Counted from the stretch's first letter, positions 38,803 to 48,858 are shown. The stretch is DNA of 64,000 bases from Clostridia bacterium (GCA_017532025.1 JAFXJX010000053.1:38860-102859), one strand, 5' to 3'. Program-made: numbers and translations. Notes: a model not told the origin generated them from the letters alone.

Positions 38803-39792
38803 TTATGATTCCGGCATATAATATGCCACAATAAAACCATCAACATTATTGCCTGACACCGTATAAACAGCCCCTTTGGGAATTGTTATTTTGGTCAAGA
38901 CTTCTTCTTTATCTGCGGGATAAAAATCAATATTCCAGATTAGGGAATTTTCCAAATCAGTCACAGTATGGGTCTGTGAATAATAACGCAGAAACTTTAT
39001 ATATTCTTGTGTATCAACATAATCAAGTCGTTGCATCGCCAACGCATGCGGAATGCCCACATAACGAAAAGTTGCCAATGTGTTTGCTTGATTACCCTCA
39101 AGACCCGTATAAACAAAACCATACCGAACACAATGATCTTGAAACCAATCAAGACAAGTCATCGTTTTGCCGTTCACCGTAACTGTTTTTTCATAAGATG
39201 CCAATGAATAATTGGCACCATCTTCATAGAGATTGATGGCAATCGAATATCCTGTCACAAAGGGACTGTAAAGACTCTCTTCCCCGTTGTACACATATGC
39301 ACTGACCACTTGCACGGTTTTCTTCCCCGTATCGGTAACAAAAGCCGCCATTAAATCTTCCCAGGCCTGAAACGCATCCTCTTTTATAAAAACAAGAGAA
39401 GAAGCCAACAAATAGTTTTTTGACTTATTTCCGTATAAGCGAATAAGATTCTGCTCCTTGAAGTGCGAAACAGAAGACGAAATTTTGTTTGCCGGAAGAA
39501 GTGACGCTACCTTGTACCGAAAGCTTGTCTCGTCATTGATCGCAAGAAGCGTTCCCGAAACAAATGATGCTGAAGGAACTGTGATCCCATCTTCGGATTG
39601 ATTGGTAGTTAACGCATAACTGAGATTGATCGGAGTCTCTTCCTTCTCAACCTCAGGCGTAGTCCATGGGGTTGTCACAACAAGATCACTTACCACTGCC
39701 GTGGTTTGCACGGGCGGCTCTTCATCGGAACAAGAAACCATTAACAACAGTGCCGATAGAAACACCAGAATTAACACTGTTTTTTTACCCAT
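38803..39792 (-). CDS. lipoprotein with a degenerate VanY/M15B-like C-terminal domain (metal ligands substituted)
   Basis: Lipobox LMVSC. SPFVTGYSIAINL aligns to SEHQTGLSLDV, and YGFVYTG...TFRYVGIPHA aligns to YGFIIRYP...EPWHIRYVGKPHA of the VanY gene at 26263-27129. Start ATG 39792 with AGGGAGG SD. Confidence 0.6.
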   Translation of the reverse strand: MGKKTVLILVFLSALLLMVSCSDEEPPVQTTAVVSDLVVTTPWTTPEVEKEETPINLSYALTTNQSEDGITVPSASFVSGTLLAINDETSFRYKVASLLPANKISSSVSHFKEQNLIRLYGNKSKNYLLASSLVFIKEDAFQAWEDLMAAFVTDTGKKTVQVVSAYVYNGEESLYSPFVTGYSIAINLYEDGANYSLASYEKTVTVNGKTMTCLDWFQDHCVRYGFVYTGLEGNQANTLATFRYVGIPHALAMQRLDYVDTQEYIKFLRYYSQTHTVTDLENSLIWNIDFYPADKEEVLTKITIPKGAVYTVSGNNVDGFIVAYYMPES

Positions 39793-39840
39793 ATCCAACC
39801 TCCCTTTTGATCAAAAATGCATCTTTATCCTTACTGAAAT

Positions 39841-39869
39841 ATGATAACACAAAAGGTGCTTCTTGTCAA
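39841..39869 (-). promoter_or_regulatory. sigma-A-type promoter for the lipoprotein gene
   Basis: TTGACA - 17 nt - TATCAT about 45 nt upstream of the start. Confidence 0.5.
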
Positions 39870-39956
39870 GTAAATCCATTTGACAAAAAACACCTTTTTT
39901 CAAAGCTTTTTATAAAAAATAACTTTCAGGTTGATCGAATACATCGAAGCTGTGCG

Positions 39957-40535
39957 TCAATCCAAACATTCAGTTTTTTCGCATAAAGCAAGGGCATCAT
40001 TCTGATCGTGTGTAACGAGAATCACAGTTTTGTTTTTTGCATATTCCTTAACAAATTGAATCATCGTTTCTTTCGTGTCTCGATCCAATGCAGAAAACGG
40101 CTCATCCAATAAAAGAATCGGTCGATCCACCATAAATGCCCTCGCCAGAGAAACCCTTTGTTTCATACCGCCGGAAAGCTCCGTCGGATACTTAAATGCA
40201 TCCTCTGAAAGTCCAACGCGATCAAGAAGTTCTTTGGCTTTCTTTTCCGATTCCCTACGGGGTAGATTTGAAACAACTGTCAAATTCCTTATTACATTAA
40301 GGGAATCGAAAAGTCTCGGTTCTTGAAAAACATATGCAATCTCATCTGTGCCAAAACCTTCGATCAAACCCGAATCCGGTTGCTCAAGACCGGCTATTAT
40401 GCGAAGCAATGTAGTCTTCCCTCGACCGCTTTCTCCCATGATGGCAAGCTTCTCACCATCATACACAGTCATAGAAAAGCTATCAAGAACACGCTGCTCG
40501 CCGTATTGTTTGCAAAGATTATCAAGTTTGATCAC
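39957..40535 (-). CDS. ABC transporter ATP-binding protein (NitT/TauT-like)
   Basis: Walker A GESGRGKTT, signature LSGGMKQR, Walker B LLLDEP; GTG start overlapping the permease TGA (GTGA); longest ORF would start at 40586. Confidence 0.85.
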   Translation of the reverse strand: MIKLDNLCKQYGEQRVLDSFSMTVYDGEKLAIMGESGRGKTTLLRIIAGLEQPDSGLIEGFGTDEIAYVFQEPRLFDSLNVIRNLTVVSNLPRRESEKKAKELLDRVGLSEDAFKYPTELSGGMKQRVSLARAFMVDRPILLLDEPFSALDRDTKETMIQFVKEYAKNKTVILVTHDQNDALALCEKTECLD

Positions 40536-41317
40536 AACACAGCACGCCCCTTTCTTTTCTTTTGAAAGGCCCGCTTGATCAAGCATTCAAAGAAAACGCT
40601 GAGAAGCACAACCGTCACAGTCCAAGCAAATAAACGATCCATTTCGAGATTCGATTTCGATTCGGCAAGATTCTGTCCTATGGTATTTTCAAGATTGCAA
40701 ATCACTTCCGCCGCAACTCCCGCCTTCCAAGCAAACCCAATCGCATTGATCACGCCGGAGATTAAAAAAGGTTTGAGTTGAGGAAACCACAAAAACACGA
40801 TCTTTTTTCTAAAAGAGAAAGAATAGACTCTTGCCACCTCATCAAGCCCTTGATTAAATGAAGAAATACCGCTGTAAAGATTGCTGTAAAGAATCGGAAT
40901 CACCATAATAATCACGATTAAAAGCGCTACTGTATCAATTGCAAAACCATTCACGCGCACGATCACATAAACCAAAATGATAAACGAAGCCACAGGCGTT
41001 GCGCGCAAGACCGTAACAAGAGGAGAAATAATAGCGCAAAAGATGCGTGACAGCGAGGCAAATACAGCAAAAGCACCGCCCAATACACACCCTATCAACG
41101 CGCCTTTCAAAACTGTTTGCATACTTTGCCATACAGCACGCCAAAAGTCACCTTCTTGGAGCAACTTCCAAAAAGATGCAAGCACCGTGTGCGGATAAGG
41201 AAGAAACAACTCGTTTCCCATTCTGAATGCGGCAAGATACCAGACAGCCGTCCAGAATCCTGCTGCAATCATCCATAATATCGGTTTGGGAATCCTAATT
41301 CTTTTCAAGAAACTCAT
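40532..41317 (-). CDS. ABC transporter permease (NitT/TauT-like)
   Basis: 6-TM BPD-type permease, 261 aa, ATGA overlap with the binding-protein gene. Confidence 0.8.
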   Translation of the reverse strand: MSFLKRIRIPKPILWMIAAGFWTAVWYLAAFRMGNELFLPYPHTVLASFWKLLQEGDFWRAVWQSMQTVLKGALIGCVLGGAFAVFASLSRIFCAIISPLVTVLRATPVASFIILVYVIVRVNGFAIDTVALLIVIIMVIPILYSNLYSGISSFNQGLDEVARVYSFSFRKKIVFLWFPQLKPFLISGVINAIGFAWKAGVAAEVICNLENTIGQNLAESKSNLEMDRLFAWTVTVVLLSVFFECLIKRAFQKKRKGRAVL

Positions 41318-42339
41318 CGTTTGTAATAGAAGCCTTCATCAGGGTTCTTTCCGCCAATCGATTGTGCTTTTGCTTCATACAATACATTCAGAAAAGCAGA
41401 CAGCGATTCTTTCATCTCTTCTCCGTCAACATACACAATATTGCAACGCGGAATAGCCTGTTTTGCCAAAGCTTCTTTGGGAATGATGCCAAGACCTGCA
41501 ATAATGCCTGCCGCAACATTCGGATTCTGATTTACATATTCAATCGAAGCACGGTACTCATCAAGAAATTCGGCAAGCTGTTCGGGATGCTCCTCCGCAA
41601 ACGCTTTGCGTACAACGATGCAGCCTTGCATTACGTCAAAATCGGAAATCTTGTCCCATTCTTCTGTGAGATCAAGTGCCACACGAACGCCCTCTGTTCC
41701 CGATACTGCCACTGTAACATTAGGCTCAGGGAGCATCGCAATCTTCACCGCACCGCTCTTCACATAAGCGGCAAGCTCACCGTGATCAGTATAGGAAAAA
41801 TCAAGAGTAACATCCTCGTCTGGATCAATACCATTCTGTTCAAGCAGATAGCGCAGAATAAACTCTGGAGTCGATCCACCACCTGTCGCATGAATCGTTT
41901 TGCCCTTCAAGCTCTTGATATCGGTAATTGTGTTGCCGTTTTCCACGATATGCAAAACGCCGAGTGTGTTAACTGCAACCACCTGAAGATCGGCTTTACC
42001 GCTATTGTACAACGCTGCAGCAACATTGGTAGGAAGTGCTGCAATATCGTACGAACCAAGTAAAACTTCCGCTTTTACAAGATCAGGAGAATCCTTGATT
42101 GTAAACTTGTACTTGGAAGCAGCGTCAGATTTGGAATCGTTCCACACAGTTGCCATGCCCATACCGGTCGGACCTTTCAAGGTAAGAATACGAACCTCGT
42201 CAGCATAAACGGGATTGTAATCTCCTGTGCCGTTGTTTTCGGTCGTTGTGGGAGCTGTGGTTTGGTCAGCTTTTCCGCCGCAAGCAACGACGGAAACCAG
42301 CAAAACCAGCAGCATAATGATGGATAAAAGTTTTTTCAT
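41314..42339 (-). CDS. ABC transporter substrate-binding lipoprotein (NMT1/THI5-like fold, substrate unknown)
   Basis: lipobox VVACGG; periplasmic binding protein of the aliphatic sulfonate/nitrate/HMP class. Confidence 0.7.
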   Translation of the reverse strand: MKKLLSIIMLLVLLVSVVACGGKADQTTAPTTTENNGTGDYNPVYADEVRILTLKGPTGMGMATVWNDSKSDAASKYKFTIKDSPDLVKAEVLLGSYDIAALPTNVAAALYNSGKADLQVVAVNTLGVLHIVENGNTITDIKSLKGKTIHATGGGSTPEFILRYLLEQNGIDPDEDVTLDFSYTDHGELAAYVKSGAVKIAMLPEPNVTVAVSGTEGVRVALDLTEEWDKISDFDVMQGCIVVRKAFAEEHPEQLAEFLDEYRASIEYVNQNPNVAAGIIAGLGIIPKEALAKQAIPRCNIVYVDGEEMKESLSAFLNVLYEAKAQSIGGKNPDEGFYYKR

Positions 42340-42360
42340 AATACATCAATCCTTTCAAGA

Positions 42361-43056
42361 TTAAAAAATTTCTTCAGACAATGCAACACGAGATAAAGCC
42401 TCTCGGTCGAGAACCGTCAGCGTTTTTCCTTCTTTTCGGATCCATTCATTCTCAACAAGTATATCAAGCGAACGGTAAAGTGTCATACGACTGATACCAA
42501 GCATTTGCGCGAGTGATTGCATTGAAACTTTAGTTTCTTGCTTTTCAAGAAGGTAATAACACAATTTGGAAATCGCACTCGGTGCCGATATACTATCAAG
42601 CTTATCGTTCAAAAAACAAATTTTTTGAGATAAAACCGAAATATATGCAATTGCCGCATCAGGCGACTCACGAAACACTTCGCTGACAATTTTTTGTGGA
42701 ACAAAAGCTACAACACAGGAAGAATCTGCCCGAATCTCACTTACATATTCATCTTTTTGACAAAACAGTGTTGCTATGCCAAAAATATCCCCCGGTTCAA
42801 AGGAACGAATCATCAAATCCCGTCCTCCATGTTTCTTGCGGGCTGTCGCACGTCCCCGAATCATCAGTGATAACGATTTGCGATATTCTTTTTTGGTAAA
42901 AATCGTTTCACCCGGTAGATATTCACAAAGCGAAAAAGCGGCGTCTTCTACAATAATCTTCGAGAAAACTTCGCCTCCGAGAATCTCAAGATCGGACAGC
43001 ATTTTTTCAGCTTCATCAAACAGTTCGCGTTCCGTATCGAGTGACAGTTCCTTCAT
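42361..43056 (-). CDS. Crp/Fnr-family transcriptional regulator
   Basis: cNMP-binding-like beta-roll plus C-terminal HTH (QSLAQMLGISRMTLYRSL); start ATG 43056 with AAGAGGTG SD; the 337-aa longest ORF extension has no support. Confidence 0.8.
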   Translation of the reverse strand: MKELSLDTERELFDEAEKMLSDLEILGGEVFSKIIVEDAAFSLCEYLPGETIFTKKEYRKSLSLMIRGRATARKKHGGRDLMIRSFEPGDIFGIATLFCQKDEYVSEIRADSSCVVAFVPQKIVSEVFRESPDAAIAYISVLSQKICFLNDKLDSISAPSAISKLCYYLLEKQETKVSMQSLAQMLGISRMTLYRSLDILVENEWIRKEGKTLTVLDREALSRVALSEEIF

Positions 43057-43068
43057 AAACACCTCTTT

Positions 43069-43084
43069 TGTAACATTTGTTACA
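43069..43084. promoter_or_regulatory. perfect 16-bp palindrome TGTAAC-ATTT-GTTACA, candidate Crp/Fnr-family operator
   Basis: fits the TGTnA-N6-TnACA layout; abuts the SD of the Crp/Fnr gene in the divergent intergenic region. Confidence 0.5.
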
Positions 43085-43161
43085 TTTATTATACCAACAA
43101 AACATATCTTTGTCAAGCAGTTTCGCAAAATATTTGTTTGGCATATACTACAAAAGAGGTG

Positions 43162-44436
43162 ATGATATTGATTATTCATGTAGTAAAACCAAACGACACC
43201 GTATATGAAATTGCCAAACAGTACGGCATTTCCCCCGAATGGATCATACAAAACAATAGTCTTACCGATCCCAACCGACTGGTGGTCGGCCAAACACTTG
43301 TCATCGGTATTCCCGCCGTTACACACACGGCGAAAGAAGGCGAAACACTCTTCAGCATTGCAAGGGAGTATCATGTTCCGGTTGACAGACTTTTACAAAA
43401 CAATCCATTTCTTAGAGGCAACACCGTCATTCGTCCGGGTGACTCTATCGTCATTCGGTATGAAAGTGAAGGCAACCGATGTATTACCGTAAACGGATAT
43501 GTCTATCCTTCTGTCTGCGGCGAAGTTTTAGACTTAACACTTCCCCACCTGTCTTACATAACACCGTTTTCATACGGATTTAAGGCAGATGGAAGCCTTG
43601 TTACACTCGCCGACGATGTCATTATAGAAACCGCACGCGCCAAAGGGGTATCCCCTATTATGCTTTTAACCACACTCAATACCGACGGTAATTTCGACAA
43701 TACGCTTTCAAAGCTTCTCCTGGAAGACACCGATATGCAGGACTATCTGATCGGACGAATCATTGAGAATATGCAGCTCAAGGGTTATCGCGTTTTGGAT
43801 GTGGATTTTGAGTTTGTATTTCCCGAAAGCCGTGTCGCATATGCTGATTTCATTAAAAGAATTAAGCAAGCGTTTGAACCGTACAGTTACGAAGTATGGG
43901 TTGCGCTCGCCCCCAAAGCATCCGCAGAACAAAAGGGACTTCTTTATGAAGCGCATGATTATTCATTGCTCGGTGATGCTGCCGACCGCGTCCTGCTTAT
44001 GACATACGAATGGGGATATCGATACGGACCCAATGTAGCGGTTGCACCAATCAATAAGGTGCGACAAGTTGTTGATTACGCGCTGACGGAAATTCCAGCT
44101 AAAAAAATCCTCCTCGGCGTTCCCAATTATGGCTACGATTTCACGCTCCCCTATCTATCGGATGAAGCCGAAGCTACTATCATAAGTAATGCAGAAGCCA
44201 TCAAACTCGCATGGGAGAAAAAAGCCGCTATCGAATACGATCAAACCTCACAAGCACCCTTTTTCCGTTATCACCAAAACGGAAAGACACATGAAGTTTG
44301 GTTTGAGGACGCTCGAAGCTTGAAAGCCAAACTTGATTTAATGGACGAAAAAGGACTTTCAGGTATCGGCATTTGGAACTTAATGACCCATTTTCCGCAA
44401 AGCTTTTTGATGCTGATTCCCTATTGCATTGAATAA
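43162..44436 (+). CDS. LysM-LysM-GH18 protein (YaaH-like peptidoglycan/chitin-binding hydrolase)
   Basis: two LysM repeats (VYEIAKQYGIS.., LFSIAREYHV..) and GH18 catalytic motif LDVDFEF; start ATG 43162 or TTG 43168. Confidence 0.8.
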   Translation: MILIIHVVKPNDTVYEIAKQYGISPEWIIQNNSLTDPNRLVVGQTLVIGIPAVTHTAKEGETLFSIAREYHVPVDRLLQNNPFLRGNTVIRPGDSIVIRYESEGNRCITVNGYVYPSVCGEVLDLTLPHLSYITPFSYGFKADGSLVTLADDVIIETARAKGVSPIMLLTTLNTDGNFDNTLSKLLLEDTDMQDYLIGRIIENMQLKGYRVLDVDFEFVFPESRVAYADFIKRIKQAFEPYSYEVWVALAPKASAEQKGLLYEAHDYSLLGDAADRVLLMTYEWGYRYGPNVAVAPINKVRQVVDYALTEIPAKKILLGVPNYGYDFTLPYLSDEAEATIISNAEAIKLAWEKKAAIEYDQTSQAPFFRYHQNGKTHEVWFEDARSLKAKLDLMDEKGLSGIGIWNLMTHFPQSFLMLIPYCIE

Positions 44437-44474
44437 AAAACACGGATGATGCCTTTCGGCATCATCCGTGTTTT
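44437..44474. terminator. bidirectional terminator between convergent genes
   Basis: 17-bp perfect stem AAAACACGGATGATGCC/GGCATCATCCGTGTTTT with a 4-nt loop. Confidence 0.8.
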
Positions 44475-44484
44475 CATATAAAAA

Positions 44485-45402
44485 TCAGCTAATGGTTCGA
44501 ATATCGTAAGGTGTTGACTGATACACAAAATAGTTCAACCAGTTGGTATACAACAAATTGGCGTGTGAGCGCCACGTCGAAAGCGGCTCCTTAGTATCGT
44601 CATCTCCCGGGAAGTAATTCTTCGGAACCTTGATGGGAAGTCCTGCATTCTTGTCGCGCAGATATTCCTTTTTCAAGGTGTCCGCATCGTATTCGGAATG
44701 ACCCATAATAAAGATTTGTCTTCCCTTCGGAGACATGATTGCATAAAGACCGGCCTCTTCCGAAGATGCCAAAATCTTAAGACGGGGATTGTCCTCCACA
44801 TCCTCGCGGGATATGGTGGTGTGGCGCGAGTGCGGCACCATGAATTCATCGTCAAAACCGCGGAACAGCATGGAATTTTTATATTCCACCGTGTGAGGGA
44901 AAATGCCGAACATTTTCTCGCCAAGCGGCTTTTTATCAATACCATAGTGATAATACAGGCCGGCTTGCGCGCCCCAACAAATGTGAAATACGCTTGTAAC
45001 GTGCGTTTTGCTCCACTCCATAATTTCGCAAAGCTCATCCCAGTATTCCACTTCTTCAAAAGGCATTTGTTCAACAGGTGCGCCCGTAATGATCATGCCG
45101 TCGTAGTTTTCACCCTTGATATCGTCAAAGGTTTTGTAAAACGCAATCATGTGATCCTGAGGGGTATTTTTCGATTCGTGCGTTTTGGTATGGATCAACT
45201 CCATTTCTACCTGAAGCGGTGTATTACCGAGTAAACGCGCAAGCTGTGTTTCAGTGGTAATTTTGGTCGGCATCAGATTAAGAACCAAAATTTTCAAAGG
45301 ACGGATATCCTGTGTAATCGCGCGCGTTTCGGTAATCGCAAAAATATTTTCATTCAACAACGTTTGTGTTGCCGGAAGATCGTTCGGAATTTTAATCGGC
45401 AA
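44485..45402 (-). CDS. metA: homoserine O-acyltransferase (MetA family)
   Basis: [11 protein letters not shown]...[14 protein letters not shown]-terminus and conserved C/H/E region; 305 aa. Confidence 0.88.
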   Translation of the reverse strand: MPIKIPNDLPATQTLLNENIFAITETRAITQDIRPLKILVLNLMPTKITTETQLARLLGNTPLQVEMELIHTKTHESKNTPQDHMIAFYKTFDDIKGENYDGMIITGAPVEQMPFEEVEYWDELCEIMEWSKTHVTSVFHICWGAQAGLYYHYGIDKKPLGEKMFGIFPHTVEYKNSMLFRGFDDEFMVPHSRHTTISREDVEDNPRLKILASSEEAGLYAIMSPKGRQIFIMGHSEYDADTLKKEYLRDKNAGLPIKVPKNYFPGDDDTKEPLSTWRSHANLLYTNWLNYFVYQSTPYDIRTIS

Positions 45403-45432
45403 AGGTGTACTCCTCCTTGGTGGTAGTGTGTC

Positions 45433-46710
45433 TTAAACAGCGGCAAGAGCCTGTTCAATATCCGCAAGAATATCGTCAATATGCTCAACACCCACAGACA
45501 TACGAACAAGATCAGGGCCGATACCGGCATCTTCAAGCTGTTTGTCTGTCAGCTGACGGTGGGTGGTAGAAGCAGGATGCAACACGCAAGTGCGGCTGTC
45601 GGCAACGTGAACCACAATTGCCGCAAGACGGCAAGCATCCATAAACCGCATAGCCGCTTCTCTTCCGCCCTTAATACCGAATGCGATAACACCTGAGCAT
45701 CCCTTGGGCAGATATTTTTTGGCAAGCTCATGCTGATCGGACGAAGGAAGACCGGGATAGTTCACCCAAGATACCTTCTCGTGTGTTTCCAAAAACTCAG
45801 CAAGCTTTTGTGCATTTGAGCTGTGACGCTCAATACGAAGAGCAAGCGATTCAAGACTTTCATTGAGCATAAAAGACACAAGCGGTTGCTGGAGACAACC
45901 GAGGTCGCGGATCAGCTGTACTCTTGCCTTGGTAATATAAGCCGCTTTTCCGAAATCATCGGTGTAAACCACACCGTGATAGGATTCATCAGGGGTGGTC
46001 AACTCAGGATACTTTCCGCTTGCTGACCAATCAAAGTTACCGCTATCCACAATCACGCCGCCAACAATCGAAGCGTGACCATCCATATACTTGGTTGTCG
46101 AATGGGTAACAATATCCGCGCCAAATTCAAAAGGCTTGCAAAGAACAGGTGTCGGGAATGTGTTATCTACAATCAGCGGCACACCATGCTTGTGTGCAAT
46201 CTTGGCATAGCGCTCAATGTCAAGAACATTCAAGCCCGGATTGGAAAGCGTTTCACCGAATACAAGACGTGTGTTCTCATCAAAGAGAGCGTCAATTTCT
46301 TCGTCAGTCATCGAAGGCAGTGCAAAACGGCACTCAATACCCATACGCTTCATGGTAACGGCAAACAGATTCAAAGTACCGCCGTAGATCGAAGACAGCG
46401 AAACAAAGTTCTGTCCCGCGGATGTAATGTTGAAAACAGCAAGGAAGCTTGCCGCCTGACCCGACGAGGTCAGAATCGCACCCACACCGCCTTCCAGTGC
46501 TGCGATGTGCTCTTCCACGTAGGCAACTGTGGGATTCGAAATGCGGGAATACATATGTCCGTCAGCTTTCAGGTCAAAAAGCTTACCGAGATGCTCTCCC
46601 GACTCATACTTATATGTTGTGCTCTGGTAAATCGGAATCACTCTCGGTTCACCGTTTTTCGGCTGGTATGTACCTTGTACACATACAGTTTCAGTTTTGC
46701 GTTTTGTCAT
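45433..46710 (-). CDS. metY: O-acetylhomoserine sulfhydrylase (PLP-dependent, Cys/Met metabolism family)
   Basis: 425 aa; PLP-lysine region HSTTKYMDGH; N-terminal YQSTTY motif. Confidence 0.88.
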   Translation of the reverse strand: MTKRKTETVCVQGTYQPKNGEPRVIPIYQSTTYKYESGEHLGKLFDLKADGHMYSRISNPTVAYVEEHIAALEGGVGAILTSSGQAASFLAVFNITSAGQNFVSLSSIYGGTLNLFAVTMKRMGIECRFALPSMTDEEIDALFDENTRLVFGETLSNPGLNVLDIERYAKIAHKHGVPLIVDNTFPTPVLCKPFEFGADIVTHSTTKYMDGHASIVGGVIVDSGNFDWSASGKYPELTTPDESYHGVVYTDDFGKAAYITKARVQLIRDLGCLQQPLVSFMLNESLESLALRIERHSSNAQKLAEFLETHEKVSWVNYPGLPSSDQHELAKKYLPKGCSGVIAFGIKGGREAAMRFMDACRLAAIVVHVADSRTCVLHPASTTHRQLTDKQLEDAGIGPDLVRMSVGVEHIDDILADIEQALAAV

Positions 46711-46780
46711 GGCTTACACCATCCCATACTTTATATAATTTCGTCTTTTCGTTCTGATAAAACAAATACGATTCCATATC

Positions 46781-46808
46781 ATTATATCAAAAAAAAAGCT
46801 TTTGTCAA
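46781..46808 (-). promoter_or_regulatory. sigma-A-type promoter of metY-metA
   Basis: TTGACA - 16 nt - TGATATAAT about 70 nt upstream of the metY ATG. Confidence 0.55.
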
Positions 46809-46867
46809 CACTTTATCCCGAATATACGCTATTTTTAGTACTAAAACCAGATTATATTCGAAAGCAC

Positions 46868-46896
46868 TTGCATTTGCACAAAAAAAATGTTAAAAT
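46868..46896 (+). promoter_or_regulatory. sigma-A-type promoter of the GT2-GtrA gene
   Basis: TTGCAT - 17 nt - TAAAAT; it overlaps ATG 46887, which argues for the downstream TTG start. Confidence 0.5.
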
Positions 46897-46928
46897 ATTA
46901 CATACACAAAAAGGAAAGGTCGATCAAG

Positions 46929-47969
46929 TTGAATACCGTTGTTTTAATCCCCTCCTATAACCCGTCCGAAGCGCTTTTGAAGTTGCTTCGTGAGCTTTCC
47001 GAAAAAGAACAAAGAATCCTTGTTGTCAACGACGGCTCGGATGAATCTTATACCGATATTTTCAAAGAGGCTGAACAATACGCCACCGTACTTCACCAAC
47101 ATCCCAACGGTGGCAAAGGAACTGCACTCAAAGCGGGAATCCGTTATGTAAAGGATCATCTGCCCGAATGCAACGCCATCGTCACCGCAGATGCCGACGG
47201 GCAGCATAAAGTAGCCGATATCCTTGCCATTTCCGAAACACTCCACGAGAAAGGCGGCTTTGTCATCGGAACTCGCAAATTCACAGGTAAAGTTCCCTTC
47301 CGCTCCCGTTTCGGAAACGCCCTCACCAAGCTTGTTTTTCTTGTTGCAGCGGGCAAAAAATGCAGCGACACCCAAACAGGTCTGCGCGGCTTTACGCGAG
47401 ATCTCTTTGACTTCATGCTGAATGTCAAAGGTAACCGCTATGAATACGAAATGAATGTTATGATGCAAACCGCGCAAGGCGGTATTGCCATTCACGAAGT
47501 ACCGATCGAAACTGTGTATGAAAACGATAACAGCTCCTCGCATTTTCATCCGATTCGTGATTCCTATCGCATCTACAAAACGATCTTCATCAATTCCACG
47601 CTGATCCGCTACGGACTCTCTGCCGTCTTCTGCTTTCTTCTCGACTTTTCGGCACTTGCACTCTTTGAAACCTTTATCCCGCTGATTGCCATTTCCACCC
47701 TACTCGCCCGTTGTATCAGCTCGCCGATCAACTATCTCATCAATCGTATCTTCGTCTTCAAATCCAATGCCAATAAAGCCGCATCGTTCATCAGCTATAT
47801 TGTCTTGGCAGGTTGTGTGATTCTCGCTAAAATGGCACTGATGACACTTTTGAACGAAGTCCTCGGCGTGCATTATGTGATCGCCAACATTTCGGTGGAG
47901 GTAGTTCTCTTTATCACAAACTTTATCATTCAAAAGCTGTTTATTTTTAAGAATAAAAAAGAAAACTAA
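46929..47969 (+). CDS. family 2 glycosyltransferase fused to a C-terminal GtrA-like 4-TM domain
   Basis: VLIPSYNPSE, VVNDGSDE, DADGQH GT2 motifs; C-terminal GtrA-like helices; TTG start 46929 with AAAGGAAAGG SD. Confidence 0.8.
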   Translation: MNTVVLIPSYNPSEALLKLLRELSEKEQRILVVNDGSDESYTDIFKEAEQYATVLHQHPNGGKGTALKAGIRYVKDHLPECNAIVTADADGQHKVADILAISETLHEKGGFVIGTRKFTGKVPFRSRFGNALTKLVFLVAAGKKCSDTQTGLRGFTRDLFDFMLNVKGNRYEYEMNVMMQTAQGGIAIHEVPIETVYENDNSSSHFHPIRDSYRIYKTIFINSTLIRYGLSAVFCFLLDFSALALFETFIPLIAISTLLARCISSPINYLINRIFVFKSNANKAASFISYIVLAGCVILAKMALMTLLNEVLGVHYVIANISVEVVLFITNFIIQKLFIFKNKKEN

Positions 47970-48027
47970 AACACCCGCCATCAAAGAAAAAGCAAGAGAG
48001 AACCCATGAAGTTCTCTCTTGCTTCTT

Positions 48028-48858
48028 TTATTCCATTTCATCCATATCCATATAGGAATCAGCATCGGCAGGAGCTTTCACCTCGGGAAGTGTGCCAACA
48101 TTCTTAAACGTGCAGGTTGTCGTTTCGGAATATCTGTCACCGTCCCAAGTGTAAGTAAGTGTTTCTGTAAACTTGATCACGTAACCCTCGGCATTGCATT
48201 CGTACGTCACAACATTCGAAACATCGCTGAATTCGGAAGCGTCAACACCAAAGCCCTCGTAATCTGCCATAATCAATTCAAGAGCCCCCTCCTCAGTTGC
48301 CGTTACCACAAGCGTATAGACTCCGTTTTCGCGCTTACCGAAAACCACCGTTGCCACCTGATCTTTTTCATCTTCTTCGAAGGTGTCAAACCAATCTTCA
48401 AACGTCGATGTCATCGATTCATCTTGGGTCTTGTATTTCATTTCAAAACCGGGCATCTTCATCAAGCAATAGACAATACCGTCAATATAAGTAGCCTCGA
48501 CTAAGGACCCATCTTCAAGCTTCGTGCTCATAAATCCTTTTTTACCGTCCGCATAATTCATTTTGACATCGGATTCCATCACGGAAGTTTCATCGTTATA
48601 GCGGCTGTTTTCCACAATATTCACCTCAAAACCCTGCAATGCGTTCATTTTGTTACAAATAAAAGCATACGCCGCATCGGCAGCCTCACCGTCAAGAGGC
48701 GTAGTTGTAACAACCGTTGCGGTTGTTGACGTAGTCGTTGTAGTAACAGCAGGAACAGTTGTGGTGTCTGCTGTTGTGTCTGTTGTCTCGCCGCAAGCAA
48801 CTAAGGTAAAAACAAGCGCCACCAAGACAACGAGCAAAATCATCAGTTTGTTTTTCAT
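48028..48858 (-). CDS. hypothetical lipoprotein with Thr-rich linker
   Basis: lipobox LVACG, poly-T/V linker, then a ~200-aa acidic domain; start ATG 48858 with AAGGAGA SD. Confidence 0.6.
   Translation of the reverse strand: MKNKLMILLVVLVALVFTLVACGETTDTTADTTTVPAVTTTTTSTTATVVTTTPLDGEAADAAYAFICNKMNALQGFEVNIVENSRYNDETSVMESDVKMNYADGKKGFMSTKLEDGSLVEATYIDGIVYCLMKMPGFEMKYKTQDESMTSTFEDWFDTFEEDEKDQVATVVFGKRENGVYTLVVTATEEGALELIMADYEGFGVDASEFSDVSNVVTYECNAEGYVIKFTETLTYTWDGDRYSETTTCTFKNVGTLPEVKAPADADSYMDMDEME

Noticed and set aside
42361-43374. 337-aa version of the Crp/Fnr ORF
   Set aside because: The 106-codon N-terminal extension is Cys/Phe-rich with no motif and runs through the divergent promoter region. 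ATG 43056 has a strong SD and gives a normal 231-aa regulator.
46711-46780. Expected SAM (S-box) riboswitch or T-box upstream of metY-metA
   Set aside because: The leader from the predicted -10 to the ATG is only ~70 nt and lacks the conserved S-box helices and a terminator/antiterminator. I cannot exclude a small unknown element without a covariance-model scan.
46075-46893. 272-aa plus-strand ORF
   Set aside because: It is antisense to metY and runs through the metY promoter region, with no SD or motifs.
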